DNA of 64,000 nucleotides from NCBI RefSeq assembly GCF_056712565.1, contig NZ_CM160072.1; one strand, 5' to 3'. Shown piece by piece: positions 57,391 to 64,000 of this stretch (position 1 is its first letter; each line of letters starts with the position of its first letter). The notes under the pieces were generated by a model. It saw only the letters and a program-made list of their open reading frames with translations, ran no database searches and was not told where the DNA came from. The position numbers and the translations under genes were made by a program.

Positions 57391-58161
57391 TCACCACAAC
57401 CTAAACTCATCCGCATCCCGCCATGCCGGAAACTTTTCTCTATATTCCCGCAATGCCATCATCGACAGCTCCGCATCAATGCGCGTTGCCTGATGCGCGT
57501 CGGCAGTAGCGATAATCTCGCCTTGCGGATTAATCACCCGGCTGTCACCGCGATAATGGCAGCCGTTGCCATCGCTGCCGACGCGATTGCATCCCGCCAC
57601 ATACGCTTGATTCTCAATCGCGCGGGCTGTCAGCAATGCCTGCCAGTGCAGAGAGCGCGGAGCAGGCCAGTTGGCGACGTACAGGGCGAGGTCATAATCG
57701 TTGAGATTGCGCGACCACACCGGAAAACGTAAGTCGTAGCACACCAGCGGCAAAATACGCCAGCCGCGCCATTCCACAATCACTCGCGCATTGCCCGCTT
57801 TATAATGTAGATGCTCATCTGCCATGCGGAACAGATGACGCTTATCATAAAAATGTACCGTGCCGCCCGGCTCAACCAGCAAAAAGCGGTTAACCGAACC
57901 AGACTCCGTTTGTAATGCAACACTGCCTGCAATCAGCGCATTGCACTGCTGCGCTTTAGCGGTCATCCAGTTCACTACGTCATCTTGTGCTAGCGACGAA
58001 GCTGCCGCTTCCATGGCAAAGCCGCTGGTAAACATCTCCGGTAGAACGATCACATCGCGCCCGGTAATACCTTCCAGTTGACGATCAAAATGGCGCAGGT
58101 TGGCAGGACCATCCATCCACACCAGTGGTTGCTGCAAAAGCGTAATCTTCAAACCAGGCAC
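57391..58161 (-). CDS. yafV: Omega-amidase (2-oxoglutaramate amidase), nitrilase superfamily
   Basis: 256-aa product, probable GTG start ([15 protein letters not shown]...); C-N hydrolase family. Confidence 0.85.
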   Translation of the reverse strand: MPGLKITLLQQPLVWMDGPANLRHFDRQLEGITGRDVIVLPEMFTSGFAMEAAASSLAQDDVVNWMTAKAQQCNALIAGSVALQTESGSVNRFLLVEPGGTVHFYDKRHLFRMADEHLHYKAGNARVIVEWRGWRILPLVCYDLRFPVWSRNLNDYDLALYVANWPAPRSLHWQALLTARAIENQAYVAGCNRVGSDGNGCHYRGDSRVINPQGEIIATADAHQATRIDAELSMMALREYREKFPAWRDADEFRLW

Positions 58162-58314
58162 GGTGTACAACTCCTTTATGCGAAGGGTTTTATAACTCTA
58201 ACACCTTATCAGGCAGTTGCCTTAGCGCAGAATAAATTGATAACAAATGCTGATATTGGAAATATCTGATTTGCAAATTATCGTGTTATCGCCAGGCTTT
58301 AGGGAGTTAATCAC

Positions 58315-58788
58315 ATGGGCAGGATAAGCCCGGGAGGAATGATGTTTAAGGCAATAACGACAGTCGCCGCTCTGGTCATCGCCACCAGTGCAATGGCGCA
58401 GGATGATTTAACCATTAGCAGTCTTGCAAAGGGCGAAACCACCAAAGCGGCGTTTAATCAGATGGTGCAAGGGCATAAGCTGCCTGCCTGGGTGATGAAA
58501 GGCGGTACTTATACTCCCGCACAAACCGTGACTTTGGGAGATGAGACGTATCAGGTGATGAGCGCGTGCAAACCGCATGACTGTGGCTCGCAACGTATCG
58601 CTGTGATGTGGTCCGAGAAATCTAATCAGATGACGGGGCTGTTCTCGACTATTGATGAGAAAACGTCGCAAGAGAAACTCACCTGGTTGAATGTGAACGA
58701 TGCGCTTTCGATTGATGGCAAAACGGTGCTGTTCGCGGCGTTGACCGGCAGCCTGGAAAACCATCCGGATGGCTTTAATTTTAAATAA
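58315..58788 (+). CDS. ivy: Inhibitor of vertebrate (C-type) lysozyme
   Basis: 157-aa ORF with signal peptide and the CKPHDCG inhibitory loop motif. Confidence 0.9.
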   Translation: MGRISPGGMMFKAITTVAALVIATSAMAQDDLTISSLAKGETTKAAFNQMVQGHKLPAWVMKGGTYTPAQTVTLGDETYQVMSACKPHDCGSQRIAVMWSEKSNQMTGLFSTIDEKTSQEKLTWLNVNDALSIDGKTVLFAALTGSLENHPDGFNFK

Positions 58789-58796
58789 TTAGCCGA

Positions 58797-58823
58797 TAAA
58801 AAAACGGAGCCGAAAGGCTCCGT
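58797..58823. terminator. Bidirectional terminator between ivy and fadE
   Basis: CGGAGCC-GAAA-GGCTCCG hairpin; T-rich on the minus strand (fadE side) and ATT-rich on the plus strand. Confidence 0.6.
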
Positions 58824-58830
58824 TATTCAA

Positions 58831-61275
58831 TTACGCGGCTTCAACTTTCCGCACTTTCTCCGGCAACTTTACCGGCTTCGTCGCCAGCTCTTCTGGATCA
58901 AAGTCATCAACGTTAATACTGCGTAAACGGCTTTCTTCAGCTTTTACCAGAATAGCGGCTTCATCTTTATCAATCAGCCCCTTCGCCAGCGCGTTGTGCG
59001 CCAGTTCATCCAGACGGGTAAACGGCAGGTTTTTACCCAACTCTTTACAGATCCGCTGATGAATCGGGTCGGCGGCAATCACATCCACCAGCGCCTCTTC
59101 CAGTAAACCAACCGGGTTATGCTCGCTTGGCGTCAGGTACTGACCGCGACCAATACGTGAACGAGTGGCGTTCGGTACTTGTAAAATCTTCGCCACTTTA
59201 TGATCCAGCTTGTCAGACGGTGCCAGGTAATGACGTCCGGTCGGGAAGATCACCACATTCAGCAGCCCGGCAACCACACGGTTCGGGAAGTTTTGCAGTA
59301 AATCGTCCATCGCCTGTTCTGCCTGATACAGCGCATCCTGTACGCCCCAGTGCACCAGCGGCAGATCGGCTTCATTACGGCCTTCGTCGTCATAACGCTT
59401 CAGAACGGCAGAGGCGAGGTAAAGCTGGCTTAAAATATCCCCCAGACGGGCCGAGATACGCTCACGACGTTTCAGGCTGCCGCCCAGCACCGCCATCGAG
59501 ACATCAGAAAGCAGGGCGAGGTTGGCGCTCAGGCGGTTCAGGTGCTGATAGTAGCGTTTAGTGGCATCGCCGGTTGGTGTGCTGCTGGTTAAACCGCGCG
59601 TCAGGCCCAGCCAGAAGCTGCGAACTTTGTTGCTACCGACGTGACCGATATGTTTGAACAGCAGTTTATCGAACGCATTTACGTCATTGTTCTTCGCCGC
59701 TTCCATCTCTTCCAGCACGTACGGATGGCAACGAATTGCTCCTTGTCCGAAGATCATCATGCTGCGGGTCAGAATGTTAGCCCCTTCAACGGTGATGGCA
59801 ATCGGTGCGCCCTGGTAAGCACGGGCCAGGAAGTTGCTTTGCCCGAGCATAATGCCTTTGCCCCCGGTGATATCCATCGCATCAATAATCGACTGCTGCC
59901 CGCGGTGGGTACAGTGATACTTAACGATAGCCGACAGCACGGCAGGTTTTTCACCGAGCATAATGCCGTAGGTAATCAGCGATGCCGCAGCATCCATTAC
60001 ATAAGCGTTCCCGGCAATACGCGCCAGCGGCTCTTCAATCCCTTCCATCTTACCGATAGAGATTTTGAACTGCCGACGAATGTACGCATACGCGCCCGTT
60101 GCCAGCGCTACCGATTTCACGCCGCCGGTTGAGTTGGAAGGCAGGGTGATGCCGCGGCCTACCGAGAGGCACTCCACCAGCATCCGCCAGCCTTGCCCGG
60201 CCATTTTCGGCCCGCCGATGATGTAATCGATCGGCACGAACACATCTTTACCGCGCGTCGGTCCGTTCTGGAACGGTACGTTCAGCGGGAAGTGGCGACG
60301 ACCAATTTCCACGCCCGGCGTGGTGGTCGGGATCAGCGCACAGGTAATACCTAAATCTTCTGCACCGCCGAGTAATTTCTCCGGGTCGGAGAGTTTAAAC
60401 GCCAGACCAAGCACGGTCGCAATCGGTGCCAGCGTAATGTAGCGTTTGTTCCAGGTCAGACGCATCCCCATCACCTGCTGGCCCTGCCATTCGCCCATGC
60501 AGACAATCCCGGTATCCGGAATCGCGCCCGCATCGGAACCCGCTTCCGGGCTGGTCAGTGCAAAGCAAGGGATCTCCTGACCACGCGCCAGACGCGGCAG
60601 ATAGTGATTTTTCTGCTCGTCAGTGCCGTAATGTTGCAGCAGCTCGCCCGGGCCTAATGAGTTCGGCACGCCGACGGTAATCGCCAGGATCCCGCTCACG
60701 CCGGAGAGTTTTTGCAGCACGCGAGACTGGGCATAAGCCGAGAACTCCAGCCCGCCGTACTCTTTTTTGATGATCATCGCGAAGAAACGATGCTCTTTAA
60801 GGTACGCCCATAACTCCGGCGGCAGGTCCGCCAGCTCATGAGTAATCTGGAAATCATTCGCCATCCGGCAGGCTTCTTCTACCGGGCCGTCGAGAAACGC
60901 TTGCTCTTCTGCGGTCAGGCGCGGCTGCGGATAGTTATGCAGCTTTTTCCAGTCCGGCTTGCCCTGGAACAAGTCGCCCTCCCACCAGGTGGTGCCCGCA
61001 TCAATCGCTTCTTTCTCAGTGCGCGACATCGGCGGCATTACCTTACGGAAACCGCGAAATACCGGCGCGGAAATCATCGACTTACGCATAGGCGCAAAGT
61101 TAAATGGCACGAGGATAATGGCCAGAGGCACCAGTACCCACGCCGACCACAGACCAGCAACGCCGAGTGCGGCTGTCCAGGCGAGCAAAATCAGACTGCT
61201 GATAAATAAGCTCACGCGGTGATAGAACAATGCGCTGAGCAGGACAACCGTAGCGAGAATACTCAAAATCATCAT
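58831..61275 (-). CDS. fadE: Acyl-CoA dehydrogenase FadE
   Basis: 814-aa product from [21 protein letters not shown] (N-terminal TM), acyl-CoA dehydrogenase domains; the ORF-track start at 61353 is an extension. Confidence 0.9.
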   Translation of the reverse strand: MMILSILATVVLLSALFYHRVSLFISSLILLAWTAALGVAGLWSAWVLVPLAIILVPFNFAPMRKSMISAPVFRGFRKVMPPMSRTEKEAIDAGTTWWEGDLFQGKPDWKKLHNYPQPRLTAEEQAFLDGPVEEACRMANDFQITHELADLPPELWAYLKEHRFFAMIIKKEYGGLEFSAYAQSRVLQKLSGVSGILAITVGVPNSLGPGELLQHYGTDEQKNHYLPRLARGQEIPCFALTSPEAGSDAGAIPDTGIVCMGEWQGQQVMGMRLTWNKRYITLAPIATVLGLAFKLSDPEKLLGGAEDLGITCALIPTTTPGVEIGRRHFPLNVPFQNGPTRGKDVFVPIDYIIGGPKMAGQGWRMLVECLSVGRGITLPSNSTGGVKSVALATGAYAYIRRQFKISIGKMEGIEEPLARIAGNAYVMDAAASLITYGIMLGEKPAVLSAIVKYHCTHRGQQSIIDAMDITGGKGIMLGQSNFLARAYQGAPIAITVEGANILTRSMMIFGQGAIRCHPYVLEEMEAAKNNDVNAFDKLLFKHIGHVGSNKVRSFWLGLTRGLTSSTPTGDATKRYYQHLNRLSANLALLSDVSMAVLGGSLKRRERISARLGDILSQLYLASAVLKRYDDEGRNEADLPLVHWGVQDALYQAEQAMDDLLQNFPNRVVAGLLNVVIFPTGRHYLAPSDKLDHKVAKILQVPNATRSRIGRGQYLTPSEHNPVGLLEEALVDVIAADPIHQRICKELGKNLPFTRLDELAHNALAKGLIDKDEAAILVKAEESRLRSINVDDFDPEELATKPVKLPEKVRKVEAA

Positions 61276-61514
61276 AACGAAAAGCCCCTTACTTGTAGGA
61301 GGTCTGACCACTTGTGATGATATGGTTGTAGTGGATGTAAAAACATTTAGCAATGTGTTTACAATATAATTACAACAAAGCTCACATTGTTGCTGTTTTT
61401 ATCCGCACTTCAGGTCAAAAAGTCCTGGTCATAGCACCTGCCCGTACTTCTCGCTTTTGGTGGTATCCGGTACACTGCATTTTGTCTATTACTTTTATGC
61501 TGAAGGATATCCTC

Positions 61515-62093
61515 ATGTACCAGGATCTTATTCGTAATGAACTGAACGAAGCGGCGGAAACGCTGGCTAACTTTTTAAAAGATGACGCCAATATTCACGC
61601 CATTCAGCGCGCGGCGGTCCTGTTAGCAGACAGCTTTAAAGCCGGTGGCAAAGTGCTTTCCTGTGGCAACGGCGGCTCCCATTGCGACGCCATGCACTTT
61701 GCCGAAGAGTTGACCGGTCGCTACCGTGAAAACCGTCCGGGCTACCCGGCGATTGCCATTTCTGACGTTAGTCATATTTCCTGCGTCGGTAACGATTTTG
61801 GTTTCAATGATATTTTCTCCCGTTACGTTGAAGCGGTAGGTCGCGAAGGCGATGTACTGCTGGGGATCTCCACTTCCGGTAACTCTGCAAACGTGATCAA
61901 AGCGATCGCGGCGGCGCGTGAGAAGGGGATGAAAGTGATCACCCTGACCGGTAAAGACGGCGGCAAAATGGCTGGCACGGCGGATATTGAAATTCGCGTT
62001 CCGCACTTTGGTTATGCCGACCGCATTCAGGAGATCCACATTAAAGTGATCCATATCCTGATCCAGTTAATTGAAAAAGAGATGGTTAAGTAA
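61515..62093 (+). CDS. gmhA: Phosphoheptose isomerase (sedoheptulose-7-phosphate isomerase)
   Basis: 192-aa product from [20 protein letters not shown] domain; the ORF-track start at 61353 is an upstream in-frame extension. Confidence 0.9.
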
Positions 62094-62100
62094 GTCTGGC

Positions 62101-62236
<136 letters not shown>

Positions 62237-62297
62237 GAAAATTCTTAAATCAATCTTCGCCGGGGGCCATGCGCTCCCGCTGTTGTGGAGGTTACCC

Positions 62298-63065
62298 ATG
62301 TGCGAATTGCTCGGGATGAGCGCCAACGTCCCTACCGATATCTGCTTTAGTTTCACCGGACTTGTACAGCGTGGTGGTGGAACCGGGCCACATAAAGATG
62401 GCTGGGGCATTACCTTTTACGAAGGTAAAGGCTGTCGCACATTTAAAGATCCGCAACCCAGCTTTAATTCCCCCATCGCCAAACTTGTCCAGGACTACCC
62501 GATAAAATCCTGTTCGGTGTTGGCTCATATTCGCCAGGCTAATCGGGGCGAGGTGGCGCTGGAAAATACTCACCCGTTTACCCGCGAGTTATGGGGGCGT
62601 AACTGGACTTATGCCCATAATGGGCAACTGACGGGCTACAAATCACTGGAAACCGGCAACTTCCGCCCGGTCGGTGAAACCGATAGCGAAAAAGCCTTTT
62701 GCTGGCTCCTGCATAAATTAACGCAGCGTTACCCGCGCACACCGGGCAACATGGCGGCAGTGTTTAAATATATCGCCTCACTGGCGGATGAACTGCGGCA
62801 GAAGGGCGTTTTCAACATGCTACTTTCGGATGGGCGCTATGTAATGGCGTATTGCTCGACTAATTTACACTGGATCACCCGCCGCGCGCCGTTTGGCGTG
62901 GCAACGTTGCTGGATCAGGATGTGGAAATCGACTTCAGCTCGCAGACCACACCGAATGATGTGGTCACGGTGATTGCGACACAGCCGTTGACGGGCAATG
63001 AAACCTGGCAAAAGATTATGCCAGGTGAATGGCGCTTATTTTGCCTCGGGGAGTGTGTAGTTTGA
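62298..63065 (+). CDS. yafJ: Class II glutamine amidotransferase-like protein YafJ
   Basis: 255-aa product from [17 protein letters not shown] (N-terminal Cys nucleophile after Met). Confidence 0.85.
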   Translation: MCELLGMSANVPTDICFSFTGLVQRGGGTGPHKDGWGITFYEGKGCRTFKDPQPSFNSPIAKLVQDYPIKSCSVLAHIRQANRGEVALENTHPFTRELWGRNWTYAHNGQLTGYKSLETGNFRPVGETDSEKAFCWLLHKLTQRYPRTPGNMAAVFKYIASLADELRQKGVFNMLLSDGRYVMAYCSTNLHWITRRAPFGVATLLDQDVEIDFSSQTTPNDVVTVIATQPLTGNETWQKIMPGEWRLFCLGECVV

Positions 63066-63776
63066 TGCCAGTTGTGGCTGCACAACTTCGTGGCTTAACG
63101 GCTTGCTGACCACGTAACGGCCATTGACCACAGAAACGGTCGGTGGCTTACGGGTTTGCTCAAAGTAGTCGTAGCCCGGCTTCAGTTGCTCCCAGAAGTC
63201 CTTAAAGTTGGAATATTTATGGCGCTTCATATTGGCGTCGGTCATGCGGAACGGATAAATACTCACTTGCACGCTCGGCTGACCAAACACCAGCGCACCA
63301 GTAACGAACTGGAAGATCTCATCAATACCCTGATTGGTCATCGCGTAGCAGCCGATGGAAACACAATCGCCGTGAATCATCAGGTATTTCCCTTCATAAC
63401 CATGCGCACGGTCATAGGCGTTTGGGAATCCAATATTAATCGCTTTGTAGTAACGGCTGTCTGGTTTTAACTGATTACGCTGGACGCTATAAAACCCTTC
63501 CGGGCTTTTGAAATCGCCCTGACGCTGTTTTGGCCCTAAGCCGCCGGAATATTTACAGATTTTATAGCTGTCGAGCAGTTGATATTGCTCGCCCATTTTG
63601 ACGTAGAGATCGAGCGTACGTTCTTCCTTGAAGATCTGGATGTAGACAGGGGATCCCATCAACTGCTGCTTATACTCTTTGCTCACTGGCGTGGTCGAGC
63701 TACTGCTGCCCAGCAAACCGGCAAACGAAACGCACGGGATCAACAACATCGCAAGAATTAATGCGATTTTACGCAT
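63036..63776 (-). CDS. yafK: L,D-transpeptidase-family (YkuD) periplasmic protein YafK
   Basis: 246-aa ORF with signal peptide and YkuD-like catalytic region ([12 protein letters not shown]); convergent with yafJ, overlapping by 30 nt. Confidence 0.85.
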   Translation of the reverse strand: MRKIALILAMLLIPCVSFAGLLGSSSSTTPVSKEYKQQLMGSPVYIQIFKEERTLDLYVKMGEQYQLLDSYKICKYSGGLGPKQRQGDFKSPEGFYSVQRNQLKPDSRYYKAINIGFPNAYDRAHGYEGKYLMIHGDCVSIGCYAMTNQGIDEIFQFVTGALVFGQPSVQVSIYPFRMTDANMKRHKYSNFKDFWEQLKPGYDYFEQTRKPPTVSVVNGRYVVSKPLSHEVVQPQLASNYTLPEAK

Positions 63777-64000
63777 ACTGCTTATTCCTTGATAAAACGG
63801 TTACACACGCCAGGACGGCAAAATGAATCCCAAATCGGAATAGTCTGGATTTGGAAGGCTCACATTATCACCAAAAGAGTTTTACGCAAGCCTGTCGGCG
63901 CAGGGTTTACAAATTTAGCACAGGGGCAGTTTTCAAGAGTCCGAAAAGCGCATGGATTGTAGATTTATTTCTTATTTCCTAAGATTATGAAACCGCAATA

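Overview
Enterobacterial chromosome (Escherichia coli-like backbone) spanning ldcC to yafK. The left ~27 kb is conserved core: ldcC (5'-truncated by the window edge), yaeR, tilS, rof, yaeP, yaeQ, arfB, nlpE, yaeF, proS, tsaA, rcsF, metQIN, gmhB, a complete rrnH-type rRNA operon (16S, tRNA-Ile, tRNA-Ala, 23S, 5S, tRNA-Asp), dkgB, yafC, yafD, yafE, mltD, gloB, yafS, rnhA, dnaQ and tRNA-Asp (aspV). Between aspV/yafT and yafV lies a ~28.5 kb island carrying a complete type VI secretion system (tssB, C, E, F, G, tagH, tssJ, K, L, clpV, vasI-like, tssA, tssM, ImpA/VasL-like, a second hcp on the minus strand; hcp and vgrG divergently on the plus strand). It is followed by a low-GC cargo module (putative DUF2169 adaptor, DUF4150/PAAR-like protein with a C-terminal papain-like cysteine-protease toxin domain, small overlapping putative immunity gene), then decayed ISAs1-family (H-repeat) transposase remnants bracketing two orphan genes. 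The right end returns to core genes (yafV, ivy, fadE, gmhA, yafJ, yafK) with REP/BIME repeats. Most notable: tssL is interrupted by an in-frame TGA lying inside a perfect 16-bp inverted repeat, and the vgrG-linked effector/immunity cargo looks like a cytoplasm-acting protease toxin. All calls are from reading the sequence and recalled family knowledge; no database search was run.
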